Positions 38,259-52,374 of a DNA stretch of 64,000 nt are shown piece after piece (the stretch's first letter is position 1; every line of letters starts with the position of its first letter). The translations under genes and the position numbers were made by a program. Source of the DNA: Podarcis pityusensis (taxonomy: Eukaryota); the NCBI GenBank assembly GCA_964106645.2, contig OZ067039.1; one strand, 5' to 3'. The notes below the pieces were generated by a model that saw only the letters and a list, made by a program, of their open reading frames with translations, did not search any database and was not told the origin of the DNA.

Positions 38259-40200
38259 CAAAGAAGATGGGAGGGAAGAGAAACGCAAGGGAACATTAGA
38301 GAGGGAAAATGTTGATCAAGTTTGTTTACAGTCAAGCGTTAGCATAAACAAAGAAAATGTAAAAATACAGAACAAACAACAATAGCTGCATTTCACTTCA
38401 AAATGAAGAGCACATCATATGAAAAGAAAAGATAGGTATATATTGTTAAAAAGTGGGCTTCATGTGGCATGTTGTGCTTAAAGCTGCTTGAATCCTGATC
38501 TGCAAAGATTTTAAACTACAACAACTACATTAACCAGAGCTCAAAAGCAATTTTCATGGCTTTCCAAGTGGTGAATATGTAAAATTTTCCTGTATAAAGT
38601 CTGGGAAAGTCTCCCCCCCCCACACACACCACAAAGATAGAAGTAGCCATTCCTTCTCCCACAACTAGCAGAGATTCCAAAATGTTGAACACAGATTTTC
38701 TTGCTAATCTTAGCCTGCTCTACAAAATGATGGTCTGATTATGCCTAAATAAGAGCAGTATTCCACTGCTGGCACTACAAAGAAAGCAGTAAAGGCAAAA
38801 CAAAGGAAATGTTACTTAGGCTTTTAAAAAAGGAACTAAATCACCCTTATTCAAAAAGGGCAAATGTATTGAATTCTTCATTATTAGTGCTTAATACTAA
38901 TTACTAAGAAATATACCAGGCAGACCTTTCAGAATTATTTTCCAATGCACTATGCAGGTAGGAACATGAGGGAAATTTCTTTCAGTAAATGCATGCATGA
39001 AAAATGATGCACAAGGGAGCTAGGGAACTAGGCAGATCCATCTACTCTTTAGGACGGGAGCCGAGATGAACAGAAGATCTCAGTTAAACCCTACAGCTTG
39101 TTGGAGAAAGTTCTTTGCATGGAACTTTCCAAGGTCCTGAAACTCAAGTCAGTCACAACCTGCCTGCTTAAGCTGCTCTCGTGGTCTCCTGTGACATTCC
39201 AGGTACTGTTCTTAATTTACAGTAATTCATTTTTTGCCTGTGTACACATTGATTCTAAAAAAGCAGTAATCACAGTTCATTTGCCTTTTTCCTGGGAAAA
39301 AAACGATATAGCTATAAGCTTCTCATAATGTAGCAACACATTTTCCCTTGCAACGAACCCTTCCAGAATCACAAATGAATACAGTACCCTGCTCTTTCCC
39401 TCCTTATTTAGCAGTGCAACGTCTGGTGCTCTGTGAAGTGAACTAAGGAATCAAACATGTAGAAAATAATTTTAAAACCAACCCTTTCAGAATGGTGTCG
39501 ATGTTACCCTGGAGGTCTAACCTTGTCGATTCCAACCACTCCTCTGGGCCTAATGGGTCTAGCTTTGGCCTGACAGGCCATCTGTCTTTCTGAATCTATT
39601 TCTACCTTGTGCACAGGCAGTTCTACTGGCCTGTGCTTGACATTTGGTGCAGAAATGCTGTGGGCCTTTTTACGGCTAAATAGAGAGTCTCCCACAACTA
39701 ATTATTCACACTGTATCCATTTCTCAGTGATAAGACAGCATCCCCCTTCCCAATTTTATTGATTATGCCAGTGTGAAAGAAGGAAAGGAGAAGCTGTGCA
39801 TGTGGGAGGAAAAGAATGAAAATCATTCTCAATTGCTAATGCAATTCTTCTGTTTAATTTGTAGTTTGAGACTTACTTTAACAATTGCAATCCAATACAT
39901 TTCAATACATCTAAACTACAATGCAGTAGAATATTGATTATGATTTTTTTGGAATGGTTGCAAGATGTCTCCTAGCAAGCAATGATCTGGCCTGCATGAA
40001 GACCAGATGTGGAAAAGGGAAGAATGGTTTCACACTTAAGATGAGCGTACTGCCATGAATAATATGTATAATTTGTTGTATTTGTTGACATATTCCCCAA
40101 GTGTCTTTTCAAAAGACTAATGCATTATATCACAAGTTTCTTTTGTGGTAATGTGATGTTGGTTTGCCCAAGGACAGCTCCCTTTTGGTCTGAAGTTGCT

Positions 40201-40568
40201 TGTCAGGGGGCTGGCCAAGACAGGACAGATAGGACGACCCTGCAGCAGGATCCAGTGGCCTGGGAAGGTCTTGGCTCAGGTTGGGAGGGCCCAAGGAGCC
40301 TGGTGAGAGACTTGGCTGTGGGTGAGTGTTTCTACTCACTCTGTTCCATCTTCCCATCAGTCCCTACAGCATGAGGACTCTACCTCCATCTCTGGAGTTG
40401 TCAGAGTCTTGAGTCTGGTTCATTCCACCAACCATAGCCACACCTGCCTTTCCAGGAAACACTGTTGCCCTGCTTGTCCTGTCCACCTGAGGAAGCAGTG
40501 ATGCACCGCCTATCACAGAGATGCCACTGAAAGCATGAACAGGCAGGTCAAGTTCAGCCCAATCTACA
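40201..40568. mobile_element. Possible solo LTR
   Basis: GC-richer block that starts TGTCA and ends TACA, flanked by gttgct / gttgcc. Confidence 0.35.
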
Positions 40569-43500
40569 GTTGCCCAATTTAAGGAACCAGTTGCTGTGCT
40601 AAGCTGTGCTAATTGTCCTGTGAATATAAAAGCTGCTGGTTTTGGTTTCATTTTGTTGTTTTCATTTCCTCTCCCCCCCCCCCCCACTTCGGTAAATTTG
40701 CAAAAAGAAAAAGAAAAAAATTGCTACCACCAAGAAGCAGTGTAACACAAGAGCACTGCTGAAGTATTACTAGGAGTTTAAAAAGTCATATAATTGCCAG
40801 GCTTATTTTAATATATTATATTTTACACTGGATATCTTCTATTTTTATCTGATGTGCAATCATAATTACATACTGCAAGTTTTTTGGACAGAGAAGAACT
40901 CCAAGGGAAAAAAACAAAAACAAAATATCAAATATAGATAGCCATTCATTAGCTAAGATGCTTGTAAAATATAACTTTTTACCAAGTTTAAGCAGTGAAC
41001 AATAAGAAGCTGCTGATGAGTAACTAATATGGACTAGCACATTCTATTAGTAACCTGTACTGTTATTCCCTTCCAAGCCTTCCAAGCAGGTTGCTATCAG
41101 AGTGGGTGGATCATCCATCTGATTTGTAAAGATGCTGTTATACTTGCATTGCTAATTGCTTTTTCACATACATAGAATATTAACCTTTTTTCTTTCTTTT
41201 CTCTTTTGGAGCCAACTGTCCAAATCAAGTGCTTCAGGATCCAAAATCTTGGATCCCCTGCAAGTGGATGCACAAAAGAAAATGAGCCAAATTACCATTT
41301 CACATATTTGGAAAGCTTTGTCCCCAAGCCATACAAGTAACATTTATTTAAATTACATGATTTAACAGGGGTGTGTGTGTGCTGCTAGCTGACTTGCCCT
41401 GGAAATTCTTTAACATATAAGCTTGCTTAAGATTAATCACAGACTTACCAAAGATTAGACCTACTACCAATGAACCTATTCTGAGTATGACTACCACTGG
41501 GTATCACTCAATTTCTTAATGACAAGGCATAAAGATAATGCCTGCTAGGATTCAGGATTTTCACAAGGATGATAAATTAGTAAAATCTGCATTCTGTTTT
41601 TTATTTAAAATATTGATCACTTTCAGTGATAAATCCCTAATGAATATACAACAGAATAAAATACATCAGACATAAAACAGCAAAGTATTAAAAGTGAGCA
41701 GATAAAATTATCCTTTAGAGGGAATTGCTACCCCATAGAGAGCAAGTAATTAACTACTGCCATCACACCCATAAAAAACTCAAGATACAACGTAAGTTTC
41801 AAAATAGGTTATAACAGATTAGAGGAACTGCCCAAACCAATTAACAAGATCAACCAAATCAAAGTAGTCCAAGCAGGAGTTATCCAATAAGGGGAGAATC
41901 TTATCCCCCCCCCCCCCCATCTCCTGAGTCATGTTTACAGCCATAATCTGTGACCATGCAGCCAAGGACTGGAAATAAATCCTTTCTCCCTGCCATGTGA
42001 CCCTGACATGCACAACAGGGGCTCTGCTGCCCAGCGTTCACCACACCTAAAAAACCCCCAGGAATGGAATGGGCTAGCACACAATTTATGAGCTTTGAAC
42101 TAAAACAAACTGAGTTCTTACAAGGATGCAGTGAGGGGAAAAAATGATTGGGTACATGACTGTGAAGCCTGTCACCTGGAAATGACTGTAATTTACCACC
42201 TGCAGTTTAAATACCTCTTAGCATATTTGCTGGCCACAACAAAGCCAATTCCTCAGCAACAGAAATATATTCAAAAGCATGCGGTCTGGAAAACTGTTGC
42301 GAATTTCCTTATTAATTCACATTTTTTGTACAGTAATGTATCTAAAAACAATTTGAGATGCATCGTTAGCAAGCATTTCTATCCAGTTAAGACCAGTCTG
42401 ATTTTAGCTTTCTGGTCCTCTTGCTGGGAAACCACTGCAGTGCCTTGCTAATCAGTGGGGAAGTTCTCTAAGTTCTCTCTGAATTCTTGCAGACTGTACA
42501 TCTGTTCACAAACTCATTCATAATTTGTATATCACTTCCTTTTCGTTATTTAAAAAAGCACACACCAGTGGTTTGAATGAAAATGATAAACCGAAATATC
42601 AACTCACCACAAGGGAAAAAAGAGAAAAAATCTTAATTAATAAATCCTAACGGGCACCAAGTTTCTAGCAAAAGGAGGTTGACAGCTAGATAAAGATACA
42701 CCTAAGAACATTCATATGAAGCAATCTAATAAATATTTGATTGCACATGCATAATCTTCACAACTGGAGGTGCTGGTGGACTATGCATAAGGTTTAAGTG
42801 CATAAGGAGGAACAGCCAGATATTTTGTTGTATATAGAAGGTTGTACTGCTGCAGAGAAAAGTTGATCTGCATTAAGAAAGGTATTCTGCATCGATTGTG
42901 CATAACATGGTAACATCTATATACACCTTTATTCTACAGAAGTGGTTCCCTATTTCCCCCCTCACAGAACACTTGAAAATTGGTAATGGTCTTGGTGGAC
43001 CATTTAATGATTTTTCAACCTGTTGTAGCAATTGCAATGCCCTGTGCTAGATGCTGTAAGAATTTTAGCTGTGCTTTTATTACTTCTTTTATTTCTTATA
43101 TTGTATTACAATCTGTCTTCCATAAAATTTAAACTATAGTACAATAAAAAACTAGACAAAAAAAGAAAAGAAGCAATAAAAATATAATTTGATATCAATA
43201 TGAATTTTTAATATCGACATGCCACAGACCCCACAAACGGTGTTCGCAGACACAACCATTGGTGATCCATGAACCAAAGCTTAGAAATCCCGATTCTATA
43301 GCCTGGCAATGGTTAATATTTTCATGCTAAATGGAGCACCCCTCCACAAACAAGATTACATTTCAATGTGATTTTTCACTAACAACTGTTACAGACTGTA
43401 GCAATGTAGACAGAAGGAGCAAATTTGGTTTCTTTACACAATCCACAATGAGTTTAAAAACTACAACTATCCATAATGGAAAGAGACATGACACAACAGA

Positions 43501-46500
43501 AAATAGTGGTCCTTTTAAAATAGTGGTCCAGAAAAGCCTTCTTCTACAGTGCATCACAATATTCAAAGCACATCAAGACACAGTAATGCCCAGCTTATTA
43601 CACACTGGTTATTCCAGAACAAGCAAGTATAACAAGTTTAGCCAAAAGGTCAAAGAATACTGATACTGCCATTCTGTGTATGTCTGCACAGAAGTAAACC
43701 CCACTGAGTTCAATAAGGCTCACTCCCAGATTAGTTGATACAGAATTGCCACTTAAATGGAAAACAACAATAATGATGCTTCCAGCCGTTAAAGGCAGTT
43801 GTCAAGATTATTTATGCATGTTATTACAGGAAGTTTTCAGAATGTAATTGCATCTCATTTTAGTCTTGTTTTATTCAGATTAGTTCATTTCTTTAACTTC
43901 TGGTTCACTTGTCAACTGTTTTATTTGGAAAACATCCCACAGAATATTTTGCAACTCATGGATCCTGCTTTTTCCTTCACCTTTCTGAAGATATTTGAGG
44001 TATTAAGGAAATGGAGTGTGGAAATAAATCCCAAAGATTTCCTGTTGTATTTGTTATAAAACAGAACGCCATGCTTCTAAATATCAAGGAGGAAATCATT
44101 TCTCACACATGCAGTCCAAATGAAATTATCCATTATTGAGCCAGTCTGCATTTCTTTTTATAGCTGCTCTAATTATTAAACAAGCAAAGTTGTGGAATGC
44201 TTCAGTATCCTACTAATTCCATGCTGGATTAAAGTTCTTTTAAACTTCACTGCTTTTTAATTATACTGCTGATGAGAGTCCCAAATACTTCCAAAGCTAA
44301 GCTCTTCAGATAAATTGCTGCAATTCCAACTACCACCTCTCTTTCCTCTGGGTCCTCTTTCCTATGCAGTCTTGAGTGCTCTCAAGTCCAGTTCCTTAGA
44401 AGAGCATATGCAATATAGCATTGGAATCCTTAATAAGAGAAGTCGTGTCAACTGGATTATGCATAAACTGGACACCGGTGAATTCAGGCAAAAGAAAAGG
44501 GGGCACACTAGCTGTGAACTGCAACAGATGCTATGACCAGCATGCCAACAATTGTCCTTCAGTGCCACAAGAGGCCCTGGAGCTGATGATCAAAACCAAT
44601 TCTGCTGCTTTAATTGTTGGAGACTCGTTGAATCTTTTCATCTACAGATGCCCTCCTTTCACCCTTCCATCCCTACTAGCTGATCAAGAGGTTGTAAGCA
44701 GAGACCGGGTTTACTTTTACCATCAGTTGGCAAACAACAATCCTGACTCTTCCCAGCAGCTGATGTTCAAACTAGTAAATGTCGCAGTGTGCTACTAATG
44801 CTGCCTTCTTTCTGCCATTGTACGAGTGGTGGGATTCAAGAAAATATATCACATATATAGATTGTTCTCCTTGCTATTATTTAATGGTTTTCATTAACAA
44901 AGGGACTGTCAGCATTCCATATTATTCCAGAGGGGCGGTTGTTCTGGCATGTTACAACAAATATTTAAAAAATATACTGTGGCACTTTGAAGACTAATAG
45001 TGTTTTTCTGGACTACTGAAATGTATACAATATGCACAGCATATTCACAACCATTCACAACAGCATAATTGTCAATAATAATACCTTCCTAAATTTGCTG
45101 TGCTAATCTTAATACCTGTAGTGGGAAAGGAAACCTTGGTTCTGGCAGTCTGAAACACATACAATTGGATTCAATGAAATTTTAGGTCAGAACGTCCATG
45201 CTGGGGTCTCTTTTATGTTATGGGGGGTTGAGGGGGAGAGAATACTGCCTTTTGGTCATATTATTCAGAATTCCTCAGTGCACCAACTGGGAAGAATTTT
45301 ATGACTTTTGTGTAGTGAACAAAATTTGGAGACTCAGAATGGGAATTCATCTGCTGCCTGTCATCACATCATGTGTCAGCTGCATGATGCCCTGAGCAAC
45401 ATGCATGCCTTTAGCTTGTTCTAATTTTAGTTTTGATTTATTCATCTTCGCTCATTTCTTTTGTTCTTGGGTCACTTCATTCATCTGCAGTGATTGAAAA
45501 ACAACACAAGTACAAATAAAGGAATGCTTGCAAGCCATGGTAGTGCACAACATGATTCTCCACAAACAGTCATTTGTTCCAAGGTTGTTTTAATTAGCTT
45601 TTAAAGGACAAGGCCAGTTAATAACCTAGAGAATATATTTGTCACAATTCACATTCTTCTGAAGAGGTAAACAGCATAGACAAGGTAAGCAACATATATA
45701 ATTCTTCCAACATTCATTTGTGAGAGCACAGAACTGAATATTCCACTGATTATGCTTTCATAGAAGCATTATAAAAACACTATTAAAATCATAGAGAGGT
45801 ATTTAATATGCACATGTTGATTTTGTGTTGAACGGCTGGGCAAATGGTAGAGGTTAGAAAAATTCTCGCATCTTACAGGTATGCTTTCCTCAGCAATGAA
45901 TTGTTTTGCCCCCAAACTTTGGAAAATAAGCATATACATAATAGCTCCACTTTAGTTAATTAATCTACATTTATCTTACTAAATTCAAAATGAATTTACA
46001 TAAGGAAGGTTTCTCTCAACAGCTTCATTTTTGAGCAGAAATCAACAAGCACTAATGCAAGTCTCAGTCTAATGATGTTCATTCCCTACCTGCACTAATT
46101 TCAAAAAATTCACTAGATGATTGGCAGAAAAGTCAGCAACCTCATTTTGGATGCAATTTCCTAAACAGTGCTTTTTTAAAATGACCACCACCACAACAAC
46201 AACAATCTGAGAGTTGGCGAGAAAATGATTTGGAAGTGATATTTCAAATACTGCTGGATAAACAATGATAAATAAAACCATTTACTGTTTCTATAACATT
46301 TAAAATTGTTTAAGGTGATATTATGTTTAACTTCTGTGGTGGTGGTGAGTACGCACTTCTAGATAATGTGGTATTGACAAGAAGCCAGGATAAAGAGGAA
46401 GGCATTAGGGACCTCAGATCTGGAAGAAGAAGTTGCATCAGATAGGGAAAAACATGGATCACTTCTAGGAAATATGAATGCTTATGGGAAGTAGGCAAGT

Positions 46501-49134
46501 GCACCACCTTGCCCCCATGACTGAGGGGGCTGGGGCCATGCAACATCAGCAAGCCGTGTGTGCACACATAACATCAGCACACCCTACAGCACACCCCACA
46601 TGCCATGAGTTATGTTTTAACCTGTCTCGTACTTTCTCTCCAAAAATGCCATTAGCAGCAACCAAGCCAAAGGGGATGGCATTCCAAAGTGCAAGGGCAA
46701 TTGCAGAAAATGTCCATTTTCTGGTAAACACCCTGTGATATTCTGTAGAGTGTGTTGCCACATGTAAAATTTCTGCAGATTTTCTAAGTGATCTTACAGA
46801 TCTGTAAAGAGGTAGGCAATCCTTTGGGTAACCTGGCTCGTTTTTTTTTTTTTTAAAATCATTTATCTGCTTTGATTTAAATAAGTATTTCCAATTTACT
46901 TTATTTTGGGTCTGACTCTGGTTTCTCTGGTTACCACAGTGGATTCAATGAAGCAAGCTCAATACTGCCAGTTAAAGAACCTATTTATGCCTGGAATAAC
47001 AGCAGCTAAAAGAATCTTTCCAGGACACAGAACAGGAATTAAGTTACTACATGTGGCTGGAACTTTCCTTTTTCAAAAGGAGGATCAGAATGAAAATTAT
47101 CAGATGATTTATAACAGATGATCTGCTTGCAAAAATCATTGTGCAGCATTAGCCAAAGCATTTTAGGAATATCATTTGTAGAGTCAATGAACCTCTAATA
47201 TGTGGCATATAAAGCAGCCTTGAACTGGATAGGGGGTCATGATGTACTAATTATTTGGTTACTCACACAGTGGCTTAGATGCAATTGTACAAAGTTTAAG
47301 GCATCAAATTGTGTAGCACAGCTCTCCATAAATCTCAAGTTCCAGCATTCTAGGGTTTGTAGTTGATCATAAATCCTTGTTAAAATGGAAACCAAGCTAG
47401 CATTAACTGTGCTGAACAGCAGTACTGACACAACACTTGACAATGGTTAAGATTAGCAGATGGAAGTTTGGAGGAATCTGTGTTTCAGTACATACAGTAA
47501 TTCTGTAGCAGTGTAGCCCTGTGGTTTCCAATGTGGCACACTTTGATACTAAGCAAGGGCAGTGCCCCTCCTAATTTTCATTAAAAATGACTTTTATTGT
47601 TGCTTTCTTGTTTGCAAAGGTTAATTGTTTTGAGACAGGTTAGGTATTTTTCCTGGGTTGCTGTGTTGTGTGTGTTATTTTGTGGTGCTTCTTAGATTTC
47701 CAAATGTGCCCCAGGCCCAAAATGATTGGAAACCACTGCTGTAGTCAGAGGCACCAGGTTTTGAAGCAGAATGTGGGGGGTTGACTTTATGCACCTGACA
47801 TCAGGACATCGGGGGAGTCAGGGGCAGAGTCAAACATGGCTCAACCCCCAGGAGATGGTGCCCCTAGCTGTAGCCCATTCCCAACACTTTAACCATGGTA
47901 GAAGACTTAATTTATTTTTATCAAATTAAATATCAATATGTTAAAAGTGAGCTCTTCCGTGAAAGTAGCAATAGTGTTATTTATTTACCCTGAGATAGAA
48001 AGGTTGACCAAATCATTACAATGAATACCATCAGTAAGAAAAGCACAGCACTTGCCTATATTTCTTCATGCAAACTGAGTATTAATTCATAATTAATATT
48101 TCATTTTTATGTAATTTGCCATAGCAGAATTTTAAAACTTCATATCATAGACAAAATGGCACACTCAAATCAAGAGAGCTTTAAATGGGAATCTGCCGCC
48201 ACAAAACGTCAACCAGAAGCAGTGGCAAACTTTTTCCTTTTCCTTGGAACTCAACACTAACTTATGCAAACCACTGATACTGATGAGTTGGTATTGCCCA
48301 GTGCCCACAATCAAGTTTGGAGACAAAAAATGAACAAAATGCAGGCAGAGTTTGTGTCTCAGCATTTAGTGTGACAGCTTACATTGGGCAACTAGTCAGA
48401 ATTCAGAGTGAACTGAGTAAGACACCAAGTTCAATTTTAGAACAATTTTATAAAGAGAGGTTTGTGTATCTCTCTCTGTGTGTGTGAACTTGCCTTTAAA
48501 ATAGGCAATAAGCAGGTTAGCAGTGAAGATGGCAATTAAAAAAAACAAATTTGAAGGCAGAGCATGGCAATTTTAAATTATCCCAAAGGTGCACATAACC
48601 GTCAGGTTTTCTGAACACATACAAATATTGCTTATAAATGGGGATAATCCTGTTTGCAGCTAGTTACATAAGCTGAGCATATACATGAGTAATAAGCATG
48701 AGCTGTCAAGCCCTTAGCAAGTTACAGTTTACTATCTTGCCTTGTGTCTCAAAACATATTATCACCAAAGGGCTGGCTTCTGTTGCCCCAATGATGCAAA
48801 ACAAGAACATTTTAGAAAATATACTTTGTAACTTGTATATTACAAAGCACAACTAATGCAACTGCCTAATTTCAGTATAAATATGGCTTTGCATACTTTT
48901 GGATTAAACTGTCCACCCTCCAAAATTGGCTTGTGGGGAGTGCGGGGGTGGGGAATCCCCAGAGTAGCGCATTGAATTCACACAAAGTGTGACATTGAGT
49001 TCTACCCTATAACTATGCTTTTGTAAGGTTTCACTATACTTTTAAAACTGTTTTTAAAACGTGTTACATAATAAACAAAAGCAAACATAAAAAAGTATAG
49101 ATATGATACTGCCTAAACCTTATTCTGTGATGGT

Positions 49135-50430
49135 TGTTCGCTCCTCTTCCTCCTCCTTTCTTTGGCGATCACTCGTAGCTGAGTAAGATTGTCTTCCATG
49201 AACACAGTCTTAACAGTGAGTCTGTAAGATTTTGGCCAGCCACAGCTAATACAAAGATAAAGAGATACCTCGATAGAACAGACTGCGGAAACTATCATCT
49301 TTTTAAAAAAAGAGATTGATAATTTTGACATCCTTAAAGTCTGCTGGGATCTCCTCTCTCTCCCAGATTTTTTCGTGAAGTTGTTGTGTAAGTTCAATTC
49401 CGCCCACTTTGAAGACTTTGGCAGGTCTCCCATCAGGTCCACTGACTTTGTTGTTTTTCATTTGGTTAATAGCCGCACACAACTCTCCCAGAGAACCTCA
49501 GCAGCTATGGGGGAGCTGCGGTTAAGGGGATGCTGATAATGTTCTTTCCAACGCAGTGCAATAGCTTCTTTATCTTTTAGAAGTGTGGTACTGTCCGTTG
49601 TGCATAGGGGGCATATGCCATGATTTATTGGCCCAATAAATATTTATTATTTTGTGGCTTTAAAGAAACTCTGTGCATCGTGAGTGTCGGCTATGTGATG
49701 GATCTCTTGAGCTTTTTTTTTTTATCCACCAGCTGTTCTTTAGTTCTCTGGTTCTTCTTTGAACCTCAACCTTAGTGTTGGCATAGGTTTTTTCATAATG
49801 GCATAGTTTCTATCTCTTTACCAGATCTGAAAAGCCTTCCTTTTCTTGTCAAGAATGCGTTCAATCTCACTGTCATACTCATCAAACCAAGTCCTGGTGT
49901 TTATTGGTTTGGTATCCAATAGTTTGTTCACAGGCTGTAATAATGGATGTTTTTAGCTTGGTCCAGTGTTTTTCAGTGTTATCAGGGAACTCCGAAAGCA
50001 GATGGTCTTTAAGAGTCATTTGGAAGCAATCCTGCTTAATAGGATTGAAGGGCTTGAGTGTTCATTTTGCACCTTGGTTTCCTTCCTTGAAGCCTGCACT
50101 GAGGTATAATATTGATAGCCATCGTGGAACGTATTAATCGGTGATCTGTCCAGCAGTTGTTGGCACTTGTCATACCTCTGACAAAGAGCACATCATGACT
50201 GCTTGTGCCTCCATGATTTATTTATTTTGTCAAAAGAGTGTGTTGGTAATAACAAAGTTGTGCGTTGCACATATAGTCAAAAGTCAGATTCTATTCTGGT
50301 TGCTGTTGTCAATTCCTTCTTTCCCAATAGTCCCAAGTCACAGTTTGAAATCTTGCCCAACTCTTGCATTAAAATGCATTTACCGCCCACTCATACAGAT
50401 ATCCCCTTTTCCTTTTCAGCCCTGGAAATA
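49135..50430 (-). mobile_element. Rearranged RTE-clade LINE fragment (AP-endonuclease and linker, plus 3' terminus)
   Basis: Minus-strand remnants FNARVGQDF...GTIGKEG...HNFVITNTLF and EVQRRTRELKNSWW..KAQEI..IADTHDAQSFFKATK...LLKDKEAIALRWKEHYQ. An RTE-like 3' end (tttggcgatcactcgtagctgagtaagattgtcttcc on +) sits at about 49160. Confidence 0.75.
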
Positions 50431-50991
50431 ATGATAGTGCTATATTTGCAGTGCTTTAACAAAGAAAAAGAAAAACCAAACTACAGTGAACATAAACTAA
50501 TTTGAAACCATGATCGGAGATTTGGGCAATTTTTAGTAAGAATATCAGTGATGAGATAAATGTTTGCCACAGTTAAAACTAAAGGGGGGGAGAAGTGCAC
50601 AGGAACAAGTCTGTGAGTTCTGTATCACCAAACTATGGTTCTGTGACTAGGCAGTGTTTTATCTTCGCTAGAGAGTGAAGGGTTATTCATATTTCTATTT
50701 ACTGTGACTCCAGTGTGCTCCTGTTGTTGTTTGTCTTAAACTAGGTTCACATCAATCTGCATCCTGTGGCTTTTAGAGGAATACTGCTATTTGATGCACT
50801 TTCTCTCAAACCAGCTTCCACCTGATTAAAAAATGGAAGCCGCCATTCCATTGTAGTGTGAAAATATGTATTATGATGATCAGGATGGTTTTGTGAATGC
50901 ACGGATGACAGAATGTGCACAGATGAAAGTGTCACTGGTTTAGGGAATGAAATCATGGGGAGAAATCATCCCTGCCCTGATATGAACAGTT

Positions 50992-51505
50992 ATTAAATAT
51001 ACCAAGAAAAAATCACAAATATACCAAGAAAAAAGCAAAAAAAATATGTCCAGATTCGTCGTAGAGGTCTTGAGAAATGTAGAAAATAACAGGATATATT
51101 TATCTGAAAGTCTTCAAACTTACACGACCCTTTAAAAATTAGCTGATGAAGGTGAATACATCGAAACAGGGCCCTGTCCTGGTTTCTAATCCATAACAGA
51201 CTTCTGACTTCTGCTCAGTGATTGAAACTAAGACCTCCACGACGAATCTGGACTAACATGAATTTATCTTGACTCATAAACTCTTATTTCTAATTCTGTA
51301 ATGAATTATTGTGTTATACATATTTTTATGAGTTTGAGTCTGTAATCTCTGTTAGAGTTTGTAATCTCTATTTGAGTTTGTAATCCTTGTCAGAATACAT
51401 ACTTTTGAATGGATTAGTTTTTGTTACTATTGACTATTGATTTGCGAGTAGGGACCACTCCCACTACTGAAACTTACATTGGCCTGAGTTCTTGGTGTGC
51501 TTTCC
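50992..51505 (+). mobile_element. Non-autonomous hammerhead-bearing retroelement (retrozyme or Penelope-like), 514 bp
   Basis: Flanked by a 17-bp direct repeat, ccctgatatgaacagtt (50975-50991) / ccccgatatgaacagtt (51506-51522). Internal 24-bp inverted repeat (51048-51071 / 51230-51253), hammerhead at 51136-51185, no ORF in the track. Confidence 0.7.
51136..51185 (+). ncRNA. Type I hammerhead ribozyme, predicted cleavage after GUC at C51178
   Basis: AAAUUAG (helix I) - CUGAUGA - A - GGUG aaua CAUC (helix II) - GAAA - CAGGGCCCUG (helix III, palindromic) - UC^ - CUGGUUU (helix I'). All conserved core nucleotides are present and all three helices pair. Confidence 0.8.
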
Positions 51506-51984
51506 CCCCGATATGAACAGTTGCAGGAGAAACTGACTTAGAGACACAGCGGGGGTGGTGATGGTGTTGGTGGTGGGGAGACAGCAATGACCTTGCAGCA
51601 TTCCAAGAAACTAATGTGAACACATAGAATCTGCTTTGCCCTTTCATACTTTTTTTTTTAATATTTAACAGAGAAAAATCACCAGAAAATAAGAGAACCT
51701 TATCATGCTTCCCTGTTTATTCCTTAAAGCATACAGAATGAACCTTAATGCAGAAAACAGGATAAAGATCAAGACAGGGTCAGTTTCTCCCTACTGATCT
51801 GAGCTAGTTACCCTAGGATGCTAACACACTTGCTCCGAGACCTAAACACACTTTTTTAAAAAAGTGTATGCTTAAATGTATACAGCAGGGAAACCTAATG
51901 TTGTTTCCTTGGAAAAGCAAAGTGTCATCAACAGTTTGATTCTCCACATTCCTCCAGTTCAAACAATGACTGAGTTTGTACATA

Positions 51985-52226
51985 CAGTGGTACCTCAGGT
52001 TACATACGCTTCAGGTTACATACGCTTCAGGTTACACACTCTGCTAACCCAGAAATAGTGTTTCAGGTTAAGAACTTTGCTTCAGGATAAGAACAGAAAT
52101 CGGGCTCCGGCGGCACGGCGGCAGCAGGAGGCCCCATTAGCTAAAGTGGCGCTTTAGGTTAAGAACAGTTTCAGGTTAAGAACAGACCTGCGGAACGAAT
52201 TAAGTACTTAACCTGAGGTTCCACTG
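51985..52226 (+). mobile_element. pogo/Tigger-type MITE, copy C (242 bp)
   Basis: TIRs cagtggtacctcaggtta / taacctgaggttccactg, TA TSD. Confidence 0.88.
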
Positions 52227-52374
52227 TAATGCTGAACCATTCCATGGCTAAGATTGAACAAACAAGCATGCTTTCCTCCTTCCCCACCCTTCTTCTTGCT
52301 ACACTACCCAGATCTAAGCTTGTGGTTTGTCTCTCTCCAGAAGAACCATGAACAGTAAACTCAAGAACCAACTT

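Noticed and set aside
44265-44300. CTGATGA followed by a weak stem as a third hammerhead
   Set aside because: No GAAA box after the putative helix II, and no helix I or III pairing.
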